Assembly (NCBI GenBank): GCA_964595645.1 | Contig: CAZQQT010000002.1 | Location: 96,001 to 160,000, forward strand | Origin: an uncultured Thermococci archaeon | GTDB taxonomy: Archaea > Methanobacteriota_B > Thermococci > Methanofastidiosales > B48-G16 | Reading direction: 5' to 3' | DNA: 64,000 nucleotides | In this document: positions 21,038-35,384 of the stretch, one piece after another | How positions within the stretch are numbered: position 1 is the stretch's first letter | Layout of the letters: every line of letters starts with the position of its first letter | Position numbers and translations under genes: made by a program | The notes under the pieces: generated by a model | Databases searched by the model: none | Seen by the model: the letters and a program-made list of their open reading frames with translations, nothing else | What the model was told of the DNA's origin: nothing

Positions 21038-21989
21038 ACTCAGAGAAGGCTTTTTCCATCCTCTTTATGCCGTTTTCTACTCTATCATATGAGAAATCTC
21101 TTTCATCACAGAGGAACTCGGTAATACCATTTTTCTCTGGTTTCTTGAACAGCACGGTGTACTCGTCTGTCACCTTTGGATCCAAAAATATCTTCTTTAC
21201 ATCTTCGTAGTTCTCAAACTCACTATTTTTCACTTTTTTTAACGCAGTCTTCGGACCTACACCCTTCACTCCTTCATTGAAGTCTGTGCCCACTAGAATC
21301 CCTATTTCTACAAGTTGCTCCCGAGTGATACCATTTTTCTCGAGTGAACTCTCAAGTGTGATTATTTCAGGTGTAATTTTTTTATACACGTCTTTACCCG
21401 GCAGTTTTCTTCTCCCAGAGATTGTGAGATTCCGTATGAGCCGTGGTGCACCGAACAACAGCGAATCAAAGTCCTGTGAGCCAGTGGCCCACACATCCTC
21501 CTTCATCGTCATATACGCGGCCTGTGCTTCTCCCTCCGACGGTGCCTGTACAGACGGAAGTCCCATATATTCCAGAAGCCTCTTACTTTCATCTATCATT
21601 CTATCGGTAAACCTTACCGTGGCCTGTGCGTATTTTCGTATTTCTTTCTCTTCCCCTTTTTCTTTCGCTTCCTTCAACTTTTTATCTGCCTCTCTTTTTG
21701 CTTCCTTTCTCTCTTCAATCGTTTTTTGCTTTATTTTTGGCGGTTCGCCGTCAAACACATAGATAGGATGCATTCCGTACTCCAGAAGATTAATCGTCCT
21801 ATAAAAGAGACCTGAGAGATGAGATGTTACCCTTCCTTTCGAGTCTTTTAGGGGTTCTCCATCCCGCTGTCGTATGATCGCCATAAATTGATACAGTGTG
21901 TTCATTGCGTCTATTGCCACTTTTTTCCCCTGTAGCTCTTCCAACTGTATTTTCCTTTTGGGCAGGAGTCCCTTTAAGTTTACTCCCAT
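21006..21989 (-). CDS. fen: Flap endonuclease-1
   Basis: MGV, IDAMNTLYQF, VFDG, APSEGEAQAA, SQDFDSLLFG, C-terminal PIP box QSSLDSYF. Confidence 0.97.
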   Translation of the reverse strand: MGVNLKGLLPKRKIQLEELQGKKVAIDAMNTLYQFMAIIRQRDGEPLKDSKGRVTSHLSGLFYRTINLLEYGMHPIYVFDGEPPKIKQKTIEERKEAKREADKKLKEAKEKGEEKEIRKYAQATVRFTDRMIDESKRLLEYMGLPSVQAPSEGEAQAAYMTMKEDVWATGSQDFDSLLFGAPRLIRNLTISGRRKLPGKDVYKKITPEIITLESSLEKNGITREQLVEIGILVGTDFNEGVKGVGPKTALKKVKNSEFENYEDVKKIFLDPKVTDEYTVLFKKPEKNGITEFLCDERDFSYDRVENGIKRMEKAFSESTQSSLDSYF

Positions 21990-21991
21990 GG

Positions 21992-22174
21992 TTATTCCCT
22001 GATAACAGTGAAGGGGATCACTCCTTTCTCAAATTCTTCCATGGTAATTCGTATAGAATCCGTCTCCTCTGTTTTTATTAGTACAGGAGCGCCCATGGCT
22101 ATCTGTAGTGCCCGAGCCCCGATCATACGAGCTTTCTCATACTTTGTAAGGTCCATAATATCCATATAGTACAT
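21992..22174 (-). CDS. rpoK: RNA polymerase subunit K (Rpo6)
   Basis: [22 protein letters not shown]. Confidence 0.95.
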   Translation of the reverse strand: MYYMDIMDLTKYEKARMIGARALQIAMGAPVLIKTEETDSIRITMEEFEKGVIPFTVIRE

Positions 22175-22197
22175 GATATAAGTAACCTTTTTAAAGG

Positions 22198-22884
22198 TTA
22201 CACCAACAGGACAGAGATGATCCCGGTGAGAAAGATGCCGTCGAACGTACCGGCCCCTCCAATGCTCGCCATTGGTGCTCCGAGATTTTCTATTTTTGAG
22301 AGATTGAGCAGATCAGCTCCTATCAGTACACCCAACACTCCGGAGACATAGGCGATAATCGGTGCGTAGGGGTGTGAGAGTACCATTGCCACCACTGCAG
22401 ACACAATTGGAGGGATAAAGAGGGGGAGGCCGATACCGACGCGGGGTACTGGTCGTGCAAACTTGTAGCATACGGCGGTGACTACCACGATCCCGATGAG
22501 CACCTTCCAGATCGGTACCTCTGAGTTCGCGAGAAGATAGAGGGATACGAGCAGAGGGATTACCGCACCACCAAGATTTACTGTAATGACTGTTTCCTGT
22601 ACTGTAGCGAGGGAGTCTTTCCTTCCGAAGAGCAAATTTAGACTGTATCCTTTCTCCACTTCCTTATAACTCTTTTTTATAGGTAAATTTATTCTGCTTC
22701 CGATGAGTGACGCAAAAAGAATACCAAAGGCAAGCCATGGAGAGAACCCAAGTTTCACAAAGGCGGTATTTATCGCAGTGACGATGAAAAACACTAAAAA
22801 CAACGGTAAAAGCAATAGCAAAATTATAAATAGAGGATTTATTCGTGGGGAAAAAATTCTTTCCATACTTTTCACTTTCCCCAC
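22198..22884 (-). CDS. DUF1614 family membrane protein (start may be ATG 22866)
   Basis: [39 protein letters not shown]. Confidence 0.85.
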   Translation of the reverse strand: MGKVKSMERIFSPRINPLFIILLLLLPLFLVFFIVTAINTAFVKLGFSPWLAFGILFASLIGSRINLPIKKSYKEVEKGYSLNLLFGRKDSLATVQETVITVNLGGAVIPLLVSLYLLANSEVPIWKVLIGIVVVTAVCYKFARPVPRVGIGLPLFIPPIVSAVVAMVLSHPYAPIIAYVSGVLGVLIGADLLNLSKIENLGAPMASIGGAGTFDGIFLTGIISVLLV

Positions 22885-22960
22885 GTCTTTTTAAACGTTG
22901 TGGGGCGGTCTTTATGCCGCGTGAAGGGGACACTACCTATTTAAGTTTTATTTTGTTACA

Positions 22961-23300
22961 GTGTTTATAGATTTTGAGGCGATATTCTCCTCGTGGATAA
23001 ACGCTGTAGAGAACCCGGCGAGGTTCCAGAAACGTCTTGCAGAAAGTCTTCTCAAAAAGCACACAAAAACAGAGTATGGAGGGGGAAAGAGTAGCATTGA
23101 GGAATTTCCTATAGTGTAATATCACTGGTCTCAGTGAGAAAGACTGGTATGCATGATTTGATCTTGCGTACCAGGAAGCACTCGAGGAGAATATTACCAT
23201 GGTTGCGGGTGTCACACAGGTGATGCGGCAGTTTGCCGTTTACATGAGAAAACAGTATGGGAAATATCCAAAAAATCTCTGGAATATTCGCGTACTTCTC
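22961..23300 (+). pseudogene. Degraded GH3-family (acyl-acid amido synthetase-like) remnant
   Basis: Fragments VENPARFQKRLAESLLKKHTKTEYG..FPIV* and EKDWYA*FDLAYQEALEENITMVAGVTQVMRQFAVYMRKQYGKYPKNLW resemble N-terminal and central parts of prokaryotic GH3 proteins (recognised by eye). Confidence 0.45.
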
Positions 23301-23450
23301 CTCCTTTTCACCGCCCTTTTCTTGTTTCTCTTCCTTTTCATCTTTTTCGCCACGTTTTCTTTCTGCCATGCATTAATATATGTATTTTAAAAATGTTTCT
23401 ATAGGCATGTAAAAAGAGAAATTCTTTAACATAATGTCCATGAAAATAGT

Positions 23451-23504
23451 TGCCGTGCATACGTTCGTACCTTTCACCCATCTTTAAGTTGTTTCGAAGT
23501 TTCA

Positions 23505-23507
<3 letters not shown>
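23451..23507 (-). repeat. 3' arm of the 23S processing stem with bulge-helix-bulge
   Basis: Inverted repeat of 26490-26547; CACC/GGTG helix flanked by AAC and AAA bulges. Confidence 0.85.
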
Positions 23508-26489
<2,982 letters not shown>

Positions 26490-26495
<6 letters not shown>

Positions 26496-26547
26496 AACTT
26501 CTACTCAAACCTAAAGATAGTTGGTGGGTACGAACGTATGCACGGCA
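26490..26547 (-). repeat. 5' arm of the 23S processing stem
   Basis: TGCCGTGCATACGTTCGTACC-CACC-AAC pairs with the 3' arm. Confidence 0.85.
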
Positions 26548-26609
26548 TCATGAATAATCAGCCCTTCACTCATGACATACTTTATCATGAGTTGCATCCC
26601 ATAGTTCAG

Positions 26610-26682
26610 TGGACTCACCGGGATTTGAACCCGGGGCATCTGCCTTGCAAAGGCAGCACTCTTCCAGCTGAGCTATGAGCCC
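26610..26682 (-). tRNA. tRNA-Ala(UGC) in the 16S-23S spacer, CCA not encoded
   Basis: GGGCTCATAGCTCAGCTGG...CTGCC-TTTGCAA-GGCAG...GGTTCAAATCC...GAGTCCA. Confidence 0.97.
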
Positions 26683-26688
26683 TTCAAA

Positions 26689-26721
26689 GTCTAACAGCCA
26701 ATTGGTGTTCGGATATGACGC
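26689..26721 (-). repeat. 3' arm of the 16S processing stem with bulge-helix-bulge
   Basis: GCGTCATATCCGAA-CACC-AAT-TGGCTGTTAGAC pairs with GTCTAACAGCTA-GGTG-AGA-TTCGGATATGATGC (28260-28292). Confidence 0.9.
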
Positions 26722-26732
26722 TTTTTAAGTGT

Positions 26733-28206
<1,474 letters not shown>

Positions 28207-28259
28207 TGTGGGAGTAATTCACAAAGGTTACGCGGAAGTGCACACAAAAAGGTAGTTCG

Positions 28260-28292
28260 GCATCATATCCGAATCTCACCTAGCTGTTAGAC
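28260..28292 (-). repeat. 5' arm of the 16S processing stem
   Basis: Inverted repeat of 26689-26721. Confidence 0.9.
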
Positions 28293-28486
28293 CTACATCA
28301 AATCCTATGAGATACTACACTATAGGACTCTCATTTTTTATCCTAATTGGAGGACGGTTTCTCATCCGTTGGGTAACCCCAATCAAAACCGCCACGTTAT
28401 TAGGCTACTTTAACATCGCAACCCTCAATGTTATAAAATTCTTGCACGATGGCTCCATCGAGGGCACCTTCTACTGAGCACTTTTC

Positions 28487-28505
28487 TATTTATATAGTTA
28501 TCGGT
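28487..28505 (-). promoter_or_regulatory. rRNA operon promoter (BRE-TATA)
   Basis: Minus strand CCGATAAC-TATATAAAT upstream of the 16S leader. Confidence 0.6.
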
Positions 28506-28531
28506 TAGTGGTAGGGCACATTACAAATGAG

Positions 28532-29851
28532 CTATCGTATCTCTTTCAACACTGTTCGTATCCTTTCATCTGCCAGTTCCAGATCCTCATTTTCTACACA
28601 GAGTATCGGTCTAAACCTGATGGTATTCTTGCCGCAGGGAAGGAGCAACATATCATATTCAAAACACTTCTTTCTAAATTTATCTCGTGTCTTTGTGTTT
28701 GGTAGATCGAAGGAGCACATCAGCCCGAGCCCCCGCGTGTTAGATATCAACTCTGGGAAATCGCCTTGTATATTGTGAAGCATCTCCAATAATTTTTTTC
28801 CTTGTTTTTGTGCATTTTTTACTAAATTATCCTCATCTATTATCTCTAAAATGCGGGTGGACCGGACCATATCAACGATATTACCCCCCCATGTGGAATT
28901 TATTCTACTTGACTCCACGAAGGGGTTGTCCTCGATCTCGTCGATTCTTTTTCCAGCCATGATTCCGCAGACCTGCATCTTTTTCCCAAAGGCAATGATA
29001 TCAGGTTTCACATCAAAATGTTGGTGGGCCCACCACTTTCCGGTGATGCCCATCCCCGCTTGGACTTCATCGAATACGAGCAGTACGTCGTACTCATCAC
29101 AGATTTTCCGAAGTTTCTGGACAAACTCCTTCCTAAAGAAGTTATCCCCACCCTCTCCCTGGATCGGTTCCATAATAAATGCTGCAATATCTTCATGCTC
29201 TCTCTCCACCACACAGTAAATCTGTTCCAGTGCTCGAGATTCTCGTTTTTTCACTTTGTCCGCATGATCTTTCACTGGAAATTCTACTATCGGGGGGTCG
29301 ATTCGTGGCCAGTCAAACTTCGGAAAGAACTGGTACTTCCGCGGATCGGCTGTATGAGTCAGTGACATAGTGTACCCTGTTCTTCCGTGGAATGCATGGT
29401 CAAAATGCATTACTTTTTTCCCCTCTATAGCATCAAGGCCTTTTTTCAAATTCTTTTTTACCTTCCAATCAAAAGAAACCTTTAATGCATTTTCCACAGC
29501 CAGCGCACCACCGGAGATCTGGAAGAGATGTGGTAGATATTCCGGCATCGCGATTCGTCGCACCGCATCTACCCACTCTGCGAACTCTACGGTGTAGATA
29601 TCTGAGTTGGCAACCTTGTTTATGGCTGCTCTGAACACTCTCTCCTTAAAATCCTCGTTCGCCAGTTTTGGGTGATTCATTCCCAGGGGAGAAGAGGCAA
29701 AAAATGTGTAGAAATCCAAGAATTTTCTTCCGTCTCGCGCATCAACAATGTACGATCCCTGGCTTTTTTCCATATCGATGACAATATCATATCCGTCGGC
29801 AATAACGCTTTTTTTCAATGTTGGCAAAACATCTTTTGGTTCTACTGACAT
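28532..29851 (-). CDS. lat: L-lysine 6-aminotransferase (class III PLP)
   Basis: FLDFYTFFASSPLGMNHP, KVANSDIYT, GALAVENALK..FDWK, EPIQGEGGDN, FGKKMQVCG, RINSTWGG. Confidence 0.9.
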   Translation of the reverse strand: MSVEPKDVLPTLKKSVIADGYDIVIDMEKSQGSYIVDARDGRKFLDFYTFFASSPLGMNHPKLANEDFKERVFRAAINKVANSDIYTVEFAEWVDAVRRIAMPEYLPHLFQISGGALAVENALKVSFDWKVKKNLKKGLDAIEGKKVMHFDHAFHGRTGYTMSLTHTADPRKYQFFPKFDWPRIDPPIVEFPVKDHADKVKKRESRALEQIYCVVEREHEDIAAFIMEPIQGEGGDNFFRKEFVQKLRKICDEYDVLLVFDEVQAGMGITGKWWAHQHFDVKPDIIAFGKKMQVCGIMAGKRIDEIEDNPFVESSRINSTWGGNIVDMVRSTRILEIIDEDNLVKNAQKQGKKLLEMLHNIQGDFPELISNTRGLGLMCSFDLPNTKTRDKFRKKCFEYDMLLLPCGKNTIRFRPILCVENEDLELADERIRTVLKEIR

Positions 29852-29978
29852 TACAACTCCTCCTTTCCATCAACTTATATACTATCAAGCAAAATTGATA
29901 TTTCACTTGATTTAATTAAGATAGAAAAAGAACCATTTAAATCTTTTGGTAGTAAATACCCATGAAAGTATAGAAAGA

Positions 29979-31067
29979 TCAAAATTGAAGATCAATACTT
30001 CCGCTAAGATATAACTCGAGGAGAACGAGGGAGGTAACTGCCTCTATAACAGGTACCGCTCTTACCGCGATACATGGGTCATGTCTTCCCTTCATATGAA
30101 TTTCACACTCTTCCATTTTTTCTATATCAACTGTTTTCTGTGTTTTTTTAATACTTGATGTAGGTTTCATAGCCACACGAAAAACAATAGGCATACCATT
30201 GCTGATGCCACCGAGAATTCCTCCGGCGTTGTTTGTTTCAGTGATTATTTTCCCATCTTTGAGAAAAAACTGATCGTTGTGTTCCGTTCCTTTCATTTCT
30301 GCACATTTGAATCCTGAACCAAACTCGATACCCTTCACACCGGGGACACTGAATACAATGTGGCTTATCATACTTTCAATAGAGTTAAAAAAGGGATCAC
30401 CAATACCAGGGGGGATGTTAGGTATCCTGCACTCGATAATCCCACCTATAGAATCCCCTTCTTTTTTCATCCTGAGGATTTTTTCTTTCATTTTTTTGGC
30501 TGTCTCTGGATCTGCACACCGCAGTGAGTTTCTATATACGTTTCTTTTAATTTCTTCATCACTGATCTTTTTGTCTATTTTAACATTTCCTACTTGAATA
30601 AGATGTGATAATACATTTATTTCCTTCTTACGGAGTATCAATTTTGCTAACGAGCCTCCAAGGACAAGGGCAGCAGTCATTCTTCCAGAAAAGATGCCAC
30701 CCCCTCTAAAATCATGAAATCCGTTGTATTTGTACCATGCAGTGAGATCTGCATGTCCAGGTCGGGGGGAGGTTTTGATTCCCTTGTAGGAACGTGAGTC
30801 TATATCTTCATTCCTTATCATTAGTGTCAATGGTGCCCCTGTCGTCTTTCCGTGAAAGAGCCCACTACGAATCTCTACTCTATCCCTTTCTTTTCTTTCA
30901 GTAGTGATTGTACTTTGTCCAGGCTTTCTTCTATCAAGTGCTTGCTGGATTACCGATCGGTCTATCTCCAGCCCAGGAGGGCAGCCATCTATCACGACAC
31001 CCACGCACTCTCCATGACTCTCACCGAAGAGTGTAACTCTAAAATGATTTCCAAAGGAAAAGGTCAT
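29979..31067 (-). CDS. aroC: Chorismate synthase
   Basis: FGESHG, RPGHAD, NNAGGILGGISNG, KPTSS, GRHDPC. Confidence 0.97.
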   Translation of the reverse strand: MTFSFGNHFRVTLFGESHGECVGVVIDGCPPGLEIDRSVIQQALDRRKPGQSTITTERKERDRVEIRSGLFHGKTTGAPLTLMIRNEDIDSRSYKGIKTSPRPGHADLTAWYKYNGFHDFRGGGIFSGRMTAALVLGGSLAKLILRKKEINVLSHLIQVGNVKIDKKISDEEIKRNVYRNSLRCADPETAKKMKEKILRMKKEGDSIGGIIECRIPNIPPGIGDPFFNSIESMISHIVFSVPGVKGIEFGSGFKCAEMKGTEHNDQFFLKDGKIITETNNAGGILGGISNGMPIVFRVAMKPTSSIKKTQKTVDIEKMEECEIHMKGRHDPCIAVRAVPVIEAVTSLVLLELYLSGSIDLQF

Positions 31068-32320
31068 GATATATCAGCTCCTATGTTCTTCATATCGTTG
31101 AAAAATTGAGGATAACTCTTGTTTATACATTTTTCATCTTCTATCGTCGTTTTTCCTTCGGCTACCAATCCCGCCACAGTACCCATCATGGCAATCCGAT
31201 GGTCTCTGTGAGGATTGATAACCGATCCCCTAAGAGGAGTAGGTCCTTCAATGTGTAGTTCGTCTTCTTTTTTCTGGATAGTAGCACCCATCTTGTTGAG
31301 TTCCGTTGTAATGGTAGTGAGTCTATTACTCTCCTTCCACTGCAGTCGGCCTGCGTTCAGTATTTTGGTGACACCTTTTGCTTGTGTTCCAAGCAACGCA
31401 TAGATGGGTGCAAGATCAGGGGTATTGGCGATATCTACTGTTGTGGAACTGAGTTCTCCCATTTCTACAGTTATTTTATCTTGCTTTTTTGTTACGTGCG
31501 CTCCCATTTCCTTAAATATTTCAACGATTTTTCTATCACCCTGAATCGAAGTGTGTGTGAGGTTGGAGACGGTAACTTTTCCCGCCAGCGCTCCTGCGGC
31601 CAGTAAAAATGCAGCAGAAGAAAAATCACCTTCTAACGTATATTTCCGTGGCTTCAGTTTCTGCCCCGGAGGAATTCTAAAATGATTGTTCCTTTCGTAT
31701 ACGGTAATGCCAAACCTTGAGAGCATATCTACGGTGATTCTGACGTAGGGAAGTGATTGAAGATCTGTGACCGTGATCTCTACTGGGTTCCTTGCTTTGG
31801 AAGATACAAGAAGAAGTGCCGAGGCGAACTGGGAACTCACATCACCCCGCAGGGTGGTACTCCCTCCTCGTATGATCCCTCCAAAAACAATAAGAGGGGG
31901 CAGTCTGTTCCTCCCTGCGATAGTTTTTACTCCTAGTGCTCGCAGTGCGTTGAGCAGTTCTGCAATAGGACGTCTTCTCAGTGATGCATCTCCCGTGAGG
32001 ATTGAAATTCCAGGTACTGCTCCCGCAATGGCGGTGAAGAACCGCAGGGTTGTTCCGGAGCCTCCACAGTTCATAACTCCGTCTGAAGGGGAGAGAGTAT
32101 CTGTACCTTCTACTATCAGCGGATCTCCATGGGTCATTTCCGCTCCCACTTTTTTACACATATCCAGTGTTCTCATTGTGTCTTCGCAGTATAACGGGGT
32201 GGATATTCTCGATCTTCCATCGGCCAAAGATGCGCAGATCATTGCTCTATGGGTGCAACTTTTTGAAGGTGGAGCTTTTACTTCTCCCTCAACATGACTT
32301 TTTCTCACAACAATACTCAT
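31064..32320 (-). CDS. aroA: EPSP synthase
   Basis: PPSKSCTHR, SGTTLRF, SSQF, KESNR, DHRIAM, KSYP. Confidence 0.96.
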   Translation of the reverse strand: MSIVVRKSHVEGEVKAPPSKSCTHRAMICASLADGRSRISTPLYCEDTMRTLDMCKKVGAEMTHGDPLIVEGTDTLSPSDGVMNCGGSGTTLRFFTAIAGAVPGISILTGDASLRRRPIAELLNALRALGVKTIAGRNRLPPLIVFGGIIRGGSTTLRGDVSSQFASALLLVSSKARNPVEITVTDLQSLPYVRITVDMLSRFGITVYERNNHFRIPPGQKLKPRKYTLEGDFSSAAFLLAAGALAGKVTVSNLTHTSIQGDRKIVEIFKEMGAHVTKKQDKITVEMGELSSTTVDIANTPDLAPIYALLGTQAKGVTKILNAGRLQWKESNRLTTITTELNKMGATIQKKEDELHIEGPTPLRGSVINPHRDHRIAMMGTVAGLVAEGKTTIEDEKCINKSYPQFFNDMKNIGADIS

Positions 32321-32804
32321 AATATCGTCTCATTATAGTGTCTATCACGGTATTTACCGAACACTCAGTATTTACAGTGATGTCGGCTGCCGAAGCATAG
32401 AGAGGCGCTCTCTCTTTTAGAAGTGCACGAAGATCTGTGGACATAAGCGGACGGTTGGTATCTTCGGATATACGCTGGAGTATCTCTTCGAGAGAGGCCG
32501 TGAGTAGTACAACAACTCCCTTTTTCTTTAACCGCTTGATATTTTCAGAGTTTAGTACCACCCCTCCACCACAGCTTATCACCGCATCTCCGATCGCAGT
32601 GATCTCCTTAATTACCTTTTTTTCATACTCCCTGAATCTATTTTCTCCCTCCTCCTCGAATATCTTTGGTATTGACTTTTCAGCTTTTTCTTCTATGAGA
32701 TCATCCGTCTCAATAAACCTTTTTTCAAGTTTTTCTGCAAGGATTTTTCCAATTGTACTTTTTCCTGCCCCCATGAATCCTATGAGGACGACATTATTGT
32801 TCAT
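32289..32804 (-). CDS. aroK: Shikimate kinase, bacterial AroK (P-loop) type
   Basis: LIGFMGAGKSTIG, GE..FREYE, SCGGG, RPL, ERAPLY. Confidence 0.93.
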   Translation of the reverse strand: MNNNVVLIGFMGAGKSTIGKILAEKLEKRFIETDDLIEEKAEKSIPKIFEEEGENRFREYEKKVIKEITAIGDAVISCGGGVVLNSENIKRLKKKGVVVLLTASLEEILQRISEDTNRPLMSTDLRALLKERAPLYASAADITVNTECSVNTVIDTIMRRYYEYCCEKKSC

Positions 32805-33649
32805 CGACTTCCCTCCAGATATAAAAGAAGAGCATCTCGCATTACTTCAAGGGGCGGGTTTCTTCCAGTCCATAGTTTGAATCCTGGAACAGCTTGCTGG
32901 ATGAGCATATCCATCCCATGGATTATCTTACATCCCGCTCTTTCTGCCTCCTCGAGCAGTCTAGTTTTTAAAGGAGTATACACTACGTCTATTACCGTGA
33001 TAGTAGGGTTCAGCATTTCTGCGGTGACAAGTGTTTCATTTTCTAATTTCCCTTTCATTCCCACGGATGTGCAGTGTATCACTATATCTGCGTCTTTTAG
33101 TTCTTCGCGTAGGTTATCCAGTCCTCCCCAGTGTATTTCTCCCTTTGTGACTCTTTCCATCTCATGTGAGATCCTTTTCGCTCTTTCTACAGTTCTATTA
33201 AGAATAACAAGTGATCGAAGATCGTACTGTGTGAGTGCAAGGGTGATTGCTTTCACCGTTCCCCCTGCGCCAAGTGTCACCACTTTTTTCCCTGTGATCC
33301 TGAGCGAGTGTGCTTCTATCATTTTCAGGAAACCTCTTCCATCGGTGTTGTGTCCAATGACCTTCCCGTTTTCCCTGTAAAGTGTATTTACTGCGCCTAC
33401 TTGTGTGGCTTGTTTAGTGAGTCCATCGAGGGACGACAGCACAGTTTCCTTAAAGGGTGTTATCACATTTCCTCCTATAATTTTCCCTCTTCTAATCCGT
33501 TCAATCACTTCAGCTATTTCCTCTTCCTTTGCTTTTGTTTTTCCATAGTAAAACTTCTTATCTAACCCAAGTGCGCCCAAGGCTACATTGTGTATTAAAG
33601 GGCTTAGAGAATGACTGACAGGGTTTCCTATAACAGTTAACCTCTTCAT
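32801..33649 (-). CDS. aroE: Shikimate dehydrogenase
   Basis: HSLSPLIHN, PFKE, GAVNT, NTDG, GAGG, NRT. Confidence 0.95.
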   Translation of the reverse strand: MKRLTVIGNPVSHSLSPLIHNVALGALGLDKKFYYGKTKAKEEEIAEVIERIRRGKIIGGNVITPFKETVLSSLDGLTKQATQVGAVNTLYRENGKVIGHNTDGRGFLKMIEAHSLRITGKKVVTLGAGGTVKAITLALTQYDLRSLVILNRTVERAKRISHEMERVTKGEIHWGGLDNLREELKDADIVIHCTSVGMKGKLENETLVTAEMLNPTITVIDVVYTPLKTRLLEEAERAGCKIIHGMDMLIQQAVPGFKLWTGRNPPLEVMRDALLLYLEGSR

Positions 33650-34311
33650 AGGATCACTTCATGAACTGCTCGAAGCGTTGCAGCACGCAACTGTCCCGGT
33701 GCTACCCGATCCCCTGCAAATGTGTAAGTAAACGGTGCACCGTATAAAGATCCAATAACACGGGTAAATCTTCCTGTTTCCCCCATGGTAAATGCAACAA
33801 GCGGAAAATTCTCTTTTTTTGCCTTTAAAAGGAGAGAAAGTACTCTATGACAGTCTTCTATAGAGTGGGCTGTAGTTACGATCTTCCCGATGTCTGCTCC
33901 CTGACTTTGTTCCATTTTCATGATATTATGAAGTTTTATTGTTGTTGGTGTCCTTTCAAAATCGTGTTGGGAGATAATTACACCACAATTGTTCTTTTTC
34001 GCGTGTTTTATTAGTTCCTCTTTCATTTCATTCTGCGTTTTAAGTTCAATATCGATCATGGTACAGCCAGCATTTATAGCGTCAATGAGAGATGCGATCC
34101 TTGATTTTTCTGTTCCCGTATAGTATCCACCAGATGAAGAAGACCGATTTGTTGCGATAACGGGGAATTTACTTGCAGTATATATTTTCTCTAATCCCTC
34201 TATTTCTCCCATAAAATCTATTCTATGTTCTATAAGATCTGTATTGAGTTTTTCGATTACTTCTATACACTTTTTCGATGTTTTTTGTGCAACACATGCG
34301 CATATTTTCAT
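33646..34311 (-). CDS. aroD: Type I 3-dehydroquinate dehydratase
   Basis: EHRID, DIEL, ISQHDF, KIV, MG..G..TR, APGQL. Confidence 0.92.
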   Translation of the reverse strand: MKICACVAQKTSKKCIEVIEKLNTDLIEHRIDFMGEIEGLEKIYTASKFPVIATNRSSSSGGYYTGTEKSRIASLIDAINAGCTMIDIELKTQNEMKEELIKHAKKNNCGVIISQHDFERTPTTIKLHNIMKMEQSQGADIGKIVTTAHSIEDCHRVLSLLLKAKKENFPLVAFTMGETGRFTRVIGSLYGAPFTYTFAGDRVAPGQLRAATLRAVHEVIL

Positions 34312-35384
34312 TTTAAATCCTCCAGTACTTCTTTTACAGTTTCTTGTGGGACGTCGTTCCGCATGGCCACCGTACCTATCTCCTCAGGAAGTACGAATGT
34401 GATGTGATTCCGTTGTGTCTTTTTATCGTACTGCATCCTCTCAAGAACAGCACTCGTACTGACTTCGGGGAGCGTTGTGGGGAGTCCGGTCTGGACGATA
34501 AGTTCTTCTTGCCGGTGTACAGCCTCGGTGTAGAGAATTCCCATTTTTTCTGCAATCCGTGCGGCGGCACACATTCCTATTGCCACAGCTCCTCCATGAG
34601 ATAGTGTAAAATTGGTAACAGCTTCAAGTGCATGCCCCACTGTGTGTCCATAGTTCAGTATCTTTCGCACTCCAATCTCCCTTTTATCCTTCTCCACAAC
34701 ACCGATCTTTATCCTACAACATTTTTCTATGATATCTTCCAGCGGAGGAGAAAGAAGAAGGTTTTCTCTACTTTCTTCAAGCGTCTCAAAGAGAGAAGCA
34801 TCTCTGATCATTGCATATTTTATTATCTCTGCAACACCATTTTTCATCTCCTCTTCAGGAAGCGTGGAAAGTACCTCTGTATCTATAAGGACGAGCTCCG
34901 GATCTTTGAATGCGCCGATGATATTTTTCGCATGTGTGTAGTTTACCCCTGTTTTTCCACCGATGCAGCTGTCTACTTGAGCGAGAAGAGTAGTGGGAAG
35001 ATGAATGAGCGGGAGACCTCTTAGATAGGTGGCGGCCACAAAACCTGCAAGATCTCCCACTACTCCCCCACCCAACGCGATTATAGGCGTGAATCTCTCT
35101 ATTCTGTGCTGTAGGAGCTCTTCGTAGATCATCGATGCCATTTCCAACGATTTGCTTTTTTCAGTGTCAGGAATTTCAAGCACCGTTAGCTCGAATTCCT
35201 CATTCAGTAAACTTTTCTTCACGGTCTCTCCATGCAGCTCATTGATCGTTTTATTTGTCACAATTACTGCTTTGGAAGAGTACCCTCTTTTTTTCAGCAT
35301 TGGCCCGATGGTGGAGAGGATCCCACGATCTATAAAGATCCCATAGTTGTTCTGAGGGTGATGGACAGTCAGCTTCCGTCTCAT
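34308..35384 (-). CDS. aroB: 3-dehydroquinate synthase (classical AroB)
   Basis: [38 protein letters not shown]. Confidence 0.96.
   Translation of the reverse strand: MRRKLTVHHPQNNYGIFIDRGILSTIGPMLKKRGYSSKAVIVTNKTINELHGETVKKSLLNEEFELTVLEIPDTEKSKSLEMASMIYEELLQHRIERFTPIIALGGGVVGDLAGFVAATYLRGLPLIHLPTTLLAQVDSCIGGKTGVNYTHAKNIIGAFKDPELVLIDTEVLSTLPEEEMKNGVAEIIKYAMIRDASLFETLEESRENLLLSPPLEDIIEKCCRIKIGVVEKDKREIGVRKILNYGHTVGHALEAVTNFTLSHGGAVAIGMCAAARIAEKMGILYTEAVHRQEELIVQTGLPTTLPEVSTSAVLERMQYDKKTQRNHITFVLPEEIGTVAMRNDVPQETVKEVLEDLK

Noticed and set aside
23109-23369. 86-aa minus-strand ORF
   Set aside because: Low-complexity N-terminus, and antisense to the more protein-like GH3 remnant
23400-23450. 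5S rRNA downstream of 23S
   Set aside because: No 5S-like sequence seen; an unlinked 5S is normal in several archaeal lineages
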